Source of the DNA: a crenarchaeote SCGC AAA261-N23
GTDB lineage: Archaea; Thermoproteota; Thermoprotei; Gearchaeales; Gearchaeaceae
Direction: 5' to 3'
NCBI GenBank assembly: GCA_000375685.1
Contig: AQVQ01000001.1
Coordinates: 1 to 43,826 of the forward strand
Length of the DNA: 43,826 nucleotides
The translations under genes were made by a program, and so were the position numbers. The notes beneath the pieces are model-generated. The model saw nothing but the letters and a program-made list of their open reading frames with translations, did no database searches and was not told the DNA's origin. Below are positions 35,536 through 43,826 of the stretch, in pieces (positions within the stretch are counted from its first letter, which is position 1; every line of letters begins with the position of its first letter).

Positions 35536-36382
35536 TCTCTTTAATTTGTTCTTTGTTTGGGAAATCATGATAGACCAATGGCTTTCCTTTATAAATATCT
35601 TCAAAGTATTCCTCATAAGAAGGCTTTTCAGCTTTATAAAACAGCCCTATAGGTATTTTATCTCCAAATTCATAGGCTCTCTTGATCGCTAATTCAAAGT
35701 TTGTTGGATCGTGGCCAATGCTTTCAAGCTTATATATCCTCTTTCTAAACCATTCATATGTGTTGAGCTTGTTGAAAGTGACACAAGGACTAAATACATC
35801 TACTAAAGCGAATCCTTTATGTAAAATACCATTCTTTATAAGCTGTGCTAAGTGAATAGGATCTCCAGAGAAACCTCGAGAAACATATGTTGCCCCTCCA
35901 GCAATTGCCAATGCTATAGGATTAATAGGATCATCAATTACTCCGAAAGGAGTAGATTTAGTAACATGCTTCTTCATGCTAGTAGGTGATGCTTGACCTG
36001 TGGTTAAACCGTAAACTTGGTTATTCATGACTATTACTGTGATATCAGGATTTCTTCTCATAGCATGAATGAAATGCCCCATGCCTATTCCGTAGCAATC
36101 CCCATCTCCTACCGTTACAATTACAGTCAATTCAGGATTTGCAAGTTTTGCTCCTGTTGCTACAGGAATTGCTCTTCCATGTATCCCATGGAAACCATAG
36201 GTGGAAATAAAGCCTGGAAGATTTGAGGAACAACCAATTCCTGAAACAATCAAAACATCCTTAGGATCCAAGTTTAGCTCGTATAGGGCTCTTTGAATTG
36301 CGTTCAATACTGCAAAATCTCCGCAACCTGGACACCAATCAGGTTGAACTTCTCCCTTATAAATTTTGAGTACGGATTCCAT
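35516..36382 (-). CDS. 2-oxoacid:ferredoxin oxidoreductase beta subunit (TPP-binding)
   Basis: 288 aa with WCPGCGDF, GIGCSS and GDGDCYGIG (TPP motif). There is a 1-nt overlap with the alpha subunit gene. Confidence 0.88.
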   Translation of the reverse strand: MESVLKIYKGEVQPDWCPGCGDFAVLNAIQRALYELNLDPKDVLIVSGIGCSSNLPGFISTYGFHGIHGRAIPVATGAKLANPELTVIVTVGDGDCYGIGMGHFIHAMRRNPDITVIVMNNQVYGLTTGQASPTSMKKHVTKSTPFGVIDDPINPIALAIAGGATYVSRGFSGDPIHLAQLIKNGILHKGFALVDVFSPCVTFNKLNTYEWFRKRIYKLESIGHDPTNFELAIKRAYEFGDKIPIGLFYKAEKPSYEEYFEDIYKGKPLVYHDFPNKEQIKEIMKEFY

Positions 36383-38154
36383 TATCTAATCACCTCATAA
36401 CTTTTTAAATTAAGAACTTCTTTAGCCTTGTTTACAATTTCTAAAGGCATAATGGGCATTCCGTCATACTTCAAGAGCTTATTTTTGATAAAAATACCTG
36501 TATGCTGCGCTATTAAACCTCCTACTTGTCCGCTGTAGTTGTTTTCAACTAACAAAATTTCTTTAGCTTTTTCAAGAATTTCTTTTATTTCCTTTCCTTG
36601 GAAGGGATGTAAGTACTTGATTTCAAGTGAATTTGCAATTATGCCTTCATTTTCAAGTATTTGTAGAGCTTCTCTTACAGCTCCTCTTGTTGATCCCCAA
36701 CTTACGATTGTTATATCTGCATTTTGAGGACCGTATAATGTAGGAGGTTCAAGCTCCTTTAAAATGTATTGCTCTTTCCTCATTCTCTTTTCCATCATAG
36801 CTTTCCTTATTTTTAGCATATAAGGTAATCCTGCTAATACATCGCTTACTAAATGACCTTTTTCATCGTGTTCGTCGCTTGCAGCAACAAAGTTGTAACC
36901 CTTCATTCCTGGCAAGGCTCTTGGAGATACACCATTTTCTGTGATAAGAAATCTTTTATAATCCTTTATTTCTCCTTCCTTTACTATCCAGCCCCTATCT
37001 ATTTTTATGTTTTCTATATCAAATTCATTTTCCAAAGTTGTTGCTGATTCGTTCATATAAAGATCTGAAACGATTATGACAGGAATTTGATATTTTTCTG
37101 CAAGATTGAATGCCTCTATAGTTGAATAGAATAGTTCTTCTATATCTCTAGGAGCAATAACGACTTTTGGATAATCACTCTGGCCAGCACCTAAGACTTG
37201 CCTTACATCTCCTTGTTCAGTGTTTGTTGGCAAACCTGTAGAAGGTCCGCCTCTTTGTCCTTCAACTATAACTAAAGGTGTTTCCGTCATTCCAGCTAAA
37301 CCCACAGCTTCCGACATCAAAGCAAAACCGCCACCTGATGTTGCAACCATACTTCTAACACCTGCAAACGAAGCACCGATTGCCATGTTTATTACCGCAA
37401 TTTCATCTTCAGGTTGTAAAACTATCATTCCTGCTTTCTTTGTATGCTCAGCAAACCAATGTAGAATTGGAGAAGAAGGAGTCATTGGATAAGCTGCATA
37501 AAACTTACATCCAGCAACATAACCGCCAAAAGCTATCGCACTTGTGCCGTTTAAAAACATTCTTCTTCTAGGACCCTTCTCTATTTTTATTCTTACATTT
37601 TTGTAAACTTCGCTAGCATATTCATAACCTTTTCTTGCAGCAGCAATATTCTGCTCAACTATTTCCCTTCCTTTATCTCCAAATTCATACTCTAATACTT
37701 CTTTTAATATATTGAAATCTAAATCAAGGATGTAAGCAATCGCACCATAAGCAACAACGTTTTGCATTGCAGCTATTCTTGAATAAAGTTGAGCAATCTC
37801 TGCCAAAGGAATATTCAAATCTATGAACTTTTTACCTACTTCTGAAGGATCAAACTTTACCTTATTTGCATCATAAATTATTATACCGCCCTCTCTAAGT
37901 TGAGCTGAATCATAAACGATACCATCTTTATTTGTAGTGACCATTATATCGTAGTAATCTCCAAAGGAAGTTAGTTTCTTATTATGCGCTCTTACTTGAT
38001 ACCAAACATGTCCTCCTCTTATCACAGATTGATAGTTTCTATAAGCATATACATGCAAACCAGATCTTGCAAAAGTTCTTACCATTATACTTCCAATTGA
38101 TTCAATACCATCTCCTGCTGCACCACAGAATCTAACAGCTATAGGATTTGTCAT
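36382..38154 (-). CDS. 2-oxoacid:ferredoxin oxidoreductase alpha subunit (fused gamma-alpha type)
   Basis: 590 aa. The N-terminal gamma-like domain reads GAAGDGIESIG. The alpha domain follows (YPMTPSSPILHW, ATSGGGFALMSEAVGLAGMTETPLVIV, RGGPSTGLPT). Confidence 0.88.
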   Translation of the reverse strand: MTNPIAVRFCGAAGDGIESIGSIMVRTFARSGLHVYAYRNYQSVIRGGHVWYQVRAHNKKLTSFGDYYDIMVTTNKDGIVYDSAQLREGGIIIYDANKVKFDPSEVGKKFIDLNIPLAEIAQLYSRIAAMQNVVAYGAIAYILDLDFNILKEVLEYEFGDKGREIVEQNIAAARKGYEYASEVYKNVRIKIEKGPRRRMFLNGTSAIAFGGYVAGCKFYAAYPMTPSSPILHWFAEHTKKAGMIVLQPEDEIAVINMAIGASFAGVRSMVATSGGGFALMSEAVGLAGMTETPLVIVEGQRGGPSTGLPTNTEQGDVRQVLGAGQSDYPKVVIAPRDIEELFYSTIEAFNLAEKYQIPVIIVSDLYMNESATTLENEFDIENIKIDRGWIVKEGEIKDYKRFLITENGVSPRALPGMKGYNFVAASDEHDEKGHLVSDVLAGLPYMLKIRKAMMEKRMRKEQYILKELEPPTLYGPQNADITIVSWGSTRGAVREALQILENEGIIANSLEIKYLHPFQGKEIKEILEKAKEILLVENNYSGQVGGLIAQHTGIFIKNKLLKYDGMPIMPLEIVNKAKEVLNLKSYEVIR

Positions 38155-38296
38155 TTATCAAAATCTTTTAATATACTATCGTGTATTTATTTCCTTTCTT
38201 TTAGATTTTAAAATAAGAAAATCTGACCAAAAATAAATACGGTATATATTCTAGTTCATAATCTATTTATAGATAACTAAAAATATTGTATTAATA

Positions 38297-39307
38297 ATGA
38301 AAGAAATTAGAAATGTACAGGTAACAGGAAGAGGAACGTTTATAGTTTCCTTACCCAAAGAATGGGTAAAAAGTAACAATTTGAAACCGCAGGACAAAAT
38401 TGTAGTAATAGAGCAAGAGGACTCATCCTTAGCAATATATGTCTGGAAAGAAATGAAGGAAAAGGAGGATAAAGTTATTAGTCTAAATTTAGAAGAGTAC
38501 AAAGATTTCGATTCAATGATTAGAGAATGTATTGCATGCTACTTAGTAGGTTACAATAAGATTAATTTAAAATTCGGTAAAAGATCCATTGAATACAAAG
38601 ATAAGTTAAAAGAAGTTTTAAGGAATAGACTTGTAGGAATTGAATTTCTTGAAGAGAACATAGATAGTCTATTAATTCAAGTTTTCTCCATGTTTGAAAT
38701 GTATTTGGATAAAGCGTTTAACAGATTGTATAGCATCGTATACTTGATGTTGGAAAATTTAAGTTCTGCAATTAAGGAGAAGGTTAATCTTTTTCCAAAA
38801 ATTTCAAAGCTTGATGATGAAGTCGATAGATTCTACAACTTAATCACTAGGCAAATAAATATAGCTCTAAGCAACATTTACCTAATGCCTGACCTTGGAA
38901 TATCAAGAAGATCAGAGCTTATAGAGTACAGACTTAACGGAAAGACTTTAGAAAGAATAGCTGACCACATCCAAAACATTTCAGACGAGTTAAATACTAC
39001 ATATAATAAATTGGATGAAAATATTTTAAAAATCCTATATGAATTAACTGAAACTTCAAAAGTAATTTTAAAAAAAGCAATAGAAGCTTTCTTTAATAAA
39101 AATAAATTCATAGCAAACGAAACAATAAATTATTGCTATGATAACTTAAATAGGATTATAGATTTCGAAAAGTCGATTTTTGGTTACGAATTGGAACAAA
39201 CATTAATGGTCTCATTGAGGGTAATTTTGGATAGTTTCAAAAGAATAATAGAATATTGTGTGGATATATGCGAATTTGCTATAGATAAATCAGTTTGGAA
39301 TGCCTAA
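38297..39307 (+). CDS. PhoU-domain phosphate-uptake regulator with an N-terminal AbrB/SpoVT-type DNA-binding domain
   Basis: 336 aa. The N-terminus VQVTGRGTFIVSLPKEWVKSNNLKPQDKIVV is a SpoVT/AbrB swapped-hairpin. Two helical PhoU-like repeats follow (DDEVDRFYNLI..., ERIADHIQNI...). Confidence 0.7.
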   Translation: MKEIRNVQVTGRGTFIVSLPKEWVKSNNLKPQDKIVVIEQEDSSLAIYVWKEMKEKEDKVISLNLEEYKDFDSMIRECIACYLVGYNKINLKFGKRSIEYKDKLKEVLRNRLVGIEFLEENIDSLLIQVFSMFEMYLDKAFNRLYSIVYLMLENLSSAIKEKVNLFPKISKLDDEVDRFYNLITRQINIALSNIYLMPDLGISRRSELIEYRLNGKTLERIADHIQNISDELNTTYNKLDENILKILYELTETSKVILKKAIEAFFNKNKFIANETINYCYDNLNRIIDFEKSIFGYELEQTLMVSLRVILDSFKRIIEYCVDICEFAIDKSVWNA

Positions 39308-39317
39308 ATTATGTATA

Positions 39318-39356
39318 CTGACGTTCTTATTGCTCACGAGGCTTTCATTTGTGTAA
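39318..39356 (-). repeat. 39-nt mini-fragment with both element termini (CTGAC ... GAGGCTTTCATTTGTGTAA)
   Basis: CTGACGTTCTTATTGCTCACGAGGCTTTCATTTGTGTAA. The last 22 nt match the TTAC-end consensus well. The CTGAC could be coincidence. Confidence 0.45.
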
Positions 39357-39373
39357 CTAATTAGAAAGCTAAA

Positions 39374-40165
39374 TTAGATTACTTTTAGTTCTCTCCTTGA
39401 ATAAATAATATAAGCTATTAATAATGAGAATATAAGGTATCCAACCATTATGGCTACCGACTCCCATACATAGGGTGTAAAAACTGTTATTTTTACTGTT
39501 GGAGAACTTAAAGTGCTAATATGTGGCGGATAATTTTGAAGAGCTAGAGAATTTATCGAATCTCCTGCATAACTTATTAAAAACCAAGGCTCAATACCTA
39601 AGAATTGAAGTATACCAACAATTGCGGGCATAATAAGCCATAATGCTAATACAGTTAAAATAATGCTTACTGTTGAACTTCTGAATACAGAACTAAAAAG
39701 CATCGCAAAAGCTATTAATGAAATATTATACAATACTGCGATACCTGCTATCTGCCAAAGAGTTGGTACAACAGTAGAATATAATAATTGGCTAAAAATT
39801 ACGTAGGGTACAAAATAGGATAACATTATCGTAACTAAGGCAACAATTATTGCAGCTAAAAACCTGCTAAACATTATTTTATACCTCTCTACAGGTTGTG
39901 TCAAAGTAAAAAAGCCTTCTCTGCTAAAGTCCCTTGAAATTGCATCTCCAGCAAAAAGGGCACAAACTAAAGCAGATGCTGCTGCAAAGTTACCAAGCCC
40001 TTGGTAGGTAAATGAATATACATCGACTGGTTTTGGAATATTTCCATTTAGAACTAAGATAGGAAATATTATGGAAATCACCAAATAAAGTGGAAGTATT
40101 ATTATGAAGCGTTTAGTTTGAAAATAAAATTTCAAATTAGAAATTAATAATGCAGAGAAGCTCAT
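39374..40165 (-). CDS. ABC-2-type transporter permease
   Basis: 263 aa, 6 TM, with a 4-nt overlap with the upstream ATPase gene. Confidence 0.7.
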   Translation of the reverse strand: MSFSALLISNLKFYFQTKRFIIILPLYLVISIIFPILVLNGNIPKPVDVYSFTYQGLGNFAAASALVCALFAGDAISRDFSREGFFTLTQPVERYKIMFSRFLAAIIVALVTIMLSYFVPYVIFSQLLYSTVVPTLWQIAGIAVLYNISLIAFAMLFSSVFRSSTVSIILTVLALWLIMPAIVGILQFLGIEPWFLISYAGDSINSLALQNYPPHISTLSSPTVKITVFTPYVWESVAIMVGYLIFSLLIAYIIYSRRELKVI

Positions 40166-41073
40166 TGTTCTTCCCTTATTAATTTAAGATAGGCTTCTTC
40201 CAATCCTAAGGTGCTATCGAAAAAGCTTCTAAGCTCATATTTAGTAAGAATTTGAATTATGCTTCTTCTAGTTTCATCTTTGCCATCATATTGTAGAATA
40301 TATGAAAAATCATTTTCCTTTTTATACTGTGTTATCAATTGGGAATCAATAAGCGAACGAATTACTTGTTCATCTACTGGCTTAGAAAATTCTACTCTTA
40401 AAGATTTTGAAGTAAACTTTGAGGATATTTCACTAACATAGCCTTTTTCAATTATTCTTCCTTTATTCAAGAAGAGAACGTAATCACATACCTGTGTTAC
40501 TTCATAAAGAAGATGAGAAGATAAAAATATCAACTTTTCTTTCTTCATTTCAGCCAAAATGTTCCTTATAATTATTGATTCTTCAGGATCCAAGCCTGCA
40601 GTAGGTTCATCAAGAATATATATATCACTATTTTGAGCAAGTAGTCCTGCTAAATACACTCTTCTTTTTTGACCTTTAGATAGTTTTGCACACTTTGAAT
40701 TAAGTGGAGGAAGTTTTAGCTTTTCGGAGAGATCAAGCAAAGTTTTACTATCTATTTGGGTTCCTCTTAACTTGCAAGCAAATTTGATGAATTCTTCTAC
40801 TTGCATGTATGAATAAGGTTCAGGATCTTCAATTAAAGCATTAACATATCTCAAAGCTTTAACCGGCTCTTTATTAACATCAATACCGTTTATTAAAGCC
40901 TTCCCTTTAGTAGGTCTTAGCAAATTGGTAAATATTTTCATCGTCGTTGTCTTACCAGCACCGTTTGGTCCAAGGTAGCCATAGCAACCTTTACCTTCAA
41001 TATTAAAATCAACGTTATCAAGAGCCTTAAAGTTTCCAAAAATTTTTGTCAAACCCTGTGCAACTAATTCCAT
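40162..41073 (-). CDS. ABC transporter ATP-binding protein (ABC-2/exporter type)
   Basis: 303 aa with Walker A GPNGAGKTT, signature LSKGQKRR and Walker B IYILDEPTAGLD. Confidence 0.88.
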   Translation of the reverse strand: MELVAQGLTKIFGNFKALDNVDFNIEGKGCYGYLGPNGAGKTTTMKIFTNLLRPTKGKALINGIDVNKEPVKALRYVNALIEDPEPYSYMQVEEFIKFACKLRGTQIDSKTLLDLSEKLKLPPLNSKCAKLSKGQKRRVYLAGLLAQNSDIYILDEPTAGLDPEESIIIRNILAEMKKEKLIFLSSHLLYEVTQVCDYVLFLNKGRIIEKGYVSEISSKFTSKSLRVEFSKPVDEQVIRSLIDSQLITQYKKENDFSYILQYDGKDETRRSIIQILTKYELRSFFDSTLGLEEAYLKLIREEQ

Positions 41074-41160
41074 TACTAATAGAAGACTGTATTATGTTTA
41101 TATATTTTATGTTAAATCGAATTTTTTTCCTTTTAAGTTGTTGTAAATATAAGTTTAAAA

Positions 41161-42303
41161 ATGGACAAAGAATTATTCCGTAACAGTATATCGATAATTT
41201 CTTCAAGAGCTATCTATGGTTTGAACTGGTACAATGTATCTCCTATTGTGATACTGATTGTTAATACTTTCTTTATAAAATTTGAACAATCTGGATTAAT
41301 ACATACTGCATTTCTATTAGGTGCAGCTTTAATGAACATACCTTCTGGGTATATAGCTAATAAAATTGGGGCAAAAAATACAGCTATGGCTGGAATGTAT
41401 ATTTTGTCCATAGCTACAATTCTTTCAGGATTTTCTTGGGATTTCTATTCTTTACTAATTTTTAGATTTTTAGTAGGCGTAGGAGCTGGACTTTATTTTG
41501 CACCGGTTATTAAACTCCTTAGAATAATTTTCCCTAGAGAAAGACAAGGATTCGCACTTGGTTTATATAGTGCAGCCTTTAACTTAGGAGCTGGATTTGC
41601 TATAGCAACATGGTATCTAGTGGCTTCAGTTGTTGGATGGAGATTTTCGTTAGTTATTGCAGGCATTGTTGCTCTTTTAATTACCATTGAGAACCATATT
41701 GTACTTCCCAATGATAAGCCAGGATCCAATTTTAGAGTTTCACATATATTTAAAAATAAGAATGTTTTGGGAATAGCGTTCGGTTGTGCTGGTTTTTGGG
41801 GGGCGTACTTTACAGCCTCACAGTTTTATGATGCATACGTAGTTAAAGAGTTAAATTTAGAATCAAGCATAGCAGGTATAATCTCCTCGGCAATTTTGAT
41901 AGCGGGAATATTAGGTGGGCCTTTATTCGGTTTTGTTTCAGATATTCTAAAGAAAAGAAGAACAATATTAATCCTATTAACATCAGCTATGGCTATAGAT
42001 TTTATTATCGTTCCTTTCTCAGGCTATTATTTAGCGATATTTAATTCATTTTTAATCGGAGCAATTTCTGCAGGAGTCTTTTCAATAATGTACGCTGTAC
42101 CTTCATTAGACAATAGTATACCAAACGAATTGATACCATTGGCTTTAGGAATATTGAACTCATTTCAAATAGCAATAGGCTCCTTGATTCCTTATGTCTT
42201 TTCTTTTATAGCAGATAATTTTTCATTCTTCTACGCATGGATATTCTTGGCAATTTATGCAATTGCTACTTTACCAATTCTTAAGATGTTAACTGTGCAT
42301 TAG
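41161..42303 (+). CDS. MFS transporter
   Basis: 380 aa, 12 TM, with the typical MFS loop GYIANKIGAKN. Confidence 0.75.
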   Translation: MDKELFRNSISIISSRAIYGLNWYNVSPIVILIVNTFFIKFEQSGLIHTAFLLGAALMNIPSGYIANKIGAKNTAMAGMYILSIATILSGFSWDFYSLLIFRFLVGVGAGLYFAPVIKLLRIIFPRERQGFALGLYSAAFNLGAGFAIATWYLVASVVGWRFSLVIAGIVALLITIENHIVLPNDKPGSNFRVSHIFKNKNVLGIAFGCAGFWGAYFTASQFYDAYVVKELNLESSIAGIISSAILIAGILGGPLFGFVSDILKKRRTILILLTSAMAIDFIIVPFSGYYLAIFNSFLIGAISAGVFSIMYAVPSLDNSIPNELIPLALGILNSFQIAIGSLIPYVFSFIADNFSFFYAWIFLAIYAIATLPILKMLTVH

Positions 42304-43502
42304 ATTTCCTGTTTGCCCATTCCTTTAAAAAGTAAAGCCAAAGGAGAAAATGCGAAAAACATTGTACCTAATATCATGAAACTTGTGTCAGCACCGAAAG
42401 AGCCTGAAATTATTCCTGCAGCAAGCCTTCCAACAAAACCTATTGCCAATATAAAAGAACTCATGAATCCTTGAACTCTTGCAAGCATTTCAGTAGGAGA
42501 AAGTTTTGTGATCAAAGTTAATGTTATAGATGAAAGAAAGCCGAAGAAAAATCCGGCAAAGAAAGAAGAAATGTAGGATAATATAAATAATGGCATAATG
42601 GGCAAAGTAAGAAAGGAAATTCCTATCCCTATCATAGAAAACAAAGAAATTCTTCCAACTTTACCTTTAATCATGCCTAGAACAAATCCTCCTGTTGCTA
42701 AGCCTAAGATTTGCGATATAAAGAAACTGCCTAAATAAACTGAACTGAGACCTTTGAAATAAACTAAAGTTGCATACAATACAGGTGCCATTTCGAAGAT
42801 TACGTCATAAATCAGAATGAATGATAAGACTTGGAAAAGTGTCCTTTCACTTATTATGAATCGCATAGTTTCAATTATAGCAGAAGTCAAACTTTGTTCC
42901 TTTATAAATAAAGATGACTCATCATATTTTATCAACATCAAAGGTATTAATCCTAAACCAAAGATAATAACAAGTAATAAATTTGGGAATACGGGACTAT
43001 AAGTTAGTAAAAAACTCGATAGTCCATATCCTATTGCTTGAAAAATAGTTTGGGAATATATAACTAATGATACGCCTTTTTTATACATACTTTCACTTGT
43101 TAAGAAGATTTTAACCCATGAAGCCCTTATTGCGCTGAGAAAATCAGAAGCGATTGAACTTAAAAAAGTGGCCAAAGCTAGTAAAAATACATCGATTATC
43201 GTATTATTAGCATATATGCTTAATATAACAAGACTTGGTATCATCATTTTGAAAATATTTGCAGTATAGGCGGTTACTTTCTTCTTTCTTGTTTTATCCA
43301 CGATTGCGCTAACAACGATGCTTAAAAAATAGGCAATTAACCCCATGGATGATACGATGCCTAAATAAAAAGAAGAACTTGTTATCAGCAAAGTTATCCA
43401 AGTAATCACAATACCAAAGTAAGAGTCACCAAATCTAGAAATGCTAGTGTTTAAAACCATTAGCTTAAAATTTTTTGGAAGATCCCCTAATATTTTGGGC
43501 AT
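42300..43502 (-). CDS. MFS transporter
   Basis: 400 aa, about 12 TM. It is convergent with the preceding MFS gene and overlaps it by 4 nt. Confidence 0.7.
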   Translation of the reverse strand: MPKILGDLPKNFKLMVLNTSISRFGDSYFGIVITWITLLITSSSFYLGIVSSMGLIAYFLSIVVSAIVDKTRKKKVTAYTANIFKMMIPSLVILSIYANNTIIDVFLLALATFLSSIASDFLSAIRASWVKIFLTSESMYKKGVSLVIYSQTIFQAIGYGLSSFLLTYSPVFPNLLLVIIFGLGLIPLMLIKYDESSLFIKEQSLTSAIIETMRFIISERTLFQVLSFILIYDVIFEMAPVLYATLVYFKGLSSVYLGSFFISQILGLATGGFVLGMIKGKVGRISLFSMIGIGISFLTLPIMPLFILSYISSFFAGFFFGFLSSITLTLITKLSPTEMLARVQGFMSSFILAIGFVGRLAAGIISGSFGADTSFMILGTMFFAFSPLALLFKGMGKQEI

Positions 43503-43587
43503 TTAAAATATTAAGAAATTAAAGGCTTTTAATTCTAATTTTTTAAAACAAATTAAGAATAAATTCAAGGAAGAATAAATTTCAATT

Positions 43588-43826
43588 GTGAAAAAGCTTT
43601 CAAAGATTATCTTGATTTCATCCATCATCTTATTTTCATTCATCGTAATAAATCTATCTTCAATTGAAATAAATTATAGCAGCCATGGAAATTCGAGTCC
43701 GCCTAAATATACGAACGTTATCTCAACTACAATCACAAATACAACACAGACCAATTCAACACAGGGGAGCTCAGTATTCCTAGTACCAATTATTCCCTAT
43801 TATATAATTCTAATAATTTTCGCTTT
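43588..43826 (+). CDS. Possible 5' part of a secreted Ser/Thr/Asn-rich protein (GTG start), running off the window end
   Basis: GTG at 43588 gives VKKLSKIILISSIILFSFIVINLSS (signal or anchor-like), then NSSPPKYTNVISTTITNTTQTNSTQG..., open to the window end. Confidence 0.3.
   Translation, partial: MKKLSKIILISSIILFSFIVINLSSIEINYSSHGNSSPPKYTNVISTTITNTTQTNSTQGSSVFLVPIIPYYIILIIFA

Overview
This is an AT-rich (about two-thirds A+T by eye), gene-dense archaeal chromosomal segment, mostly ordinary metabolism and transport. It holds a split molybdenum-cofactor cluster (moeA, mobA, mocA-like, moaD, a moaC-moaB fusion, moaE) around a 974-aa FdhA-like molybdoenzyme with a DUF1641 partner and a Tfx-type regulator. 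It also holds mre11-rad50, a two-subunit 2-oxoacid:ferredoxin oxidoreductase, a PhoU-like regulator, two ABC systems, ZIP and EamA transporters, four intact MFS transporters, several orphan membrane proteins and two decayed gene remnants (one of them a fifth MFS gene). The stand-out signal is not a gene. A ~350-bp non-coding element occurs 7 times at near full length plus at least 4 fragments, always intergenic, and 10 of 11 copies share one orientation. It has no terminal inverted repeats or target duplications. It begins after a conserved TTAC, ends ...GGAGGAGGTCAG and carries subterminal hairpins. One divergent copy retains a TnpB-like peptide remnant. I read it as a non-autonomous IS200/IS605-type (PATE/MITE-like) family. 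Its interior keeps at least six helices with compensatory changes between copies, so it looks like a conserved structured RNA (omegaRNA/reRNA-like, or something new). However, the G.U asymmetry favours the strand antisense to the TnpB remnant, and this conflict is unresolved. I saw no rRNA, no convincing tRNA and no CRISPR array.
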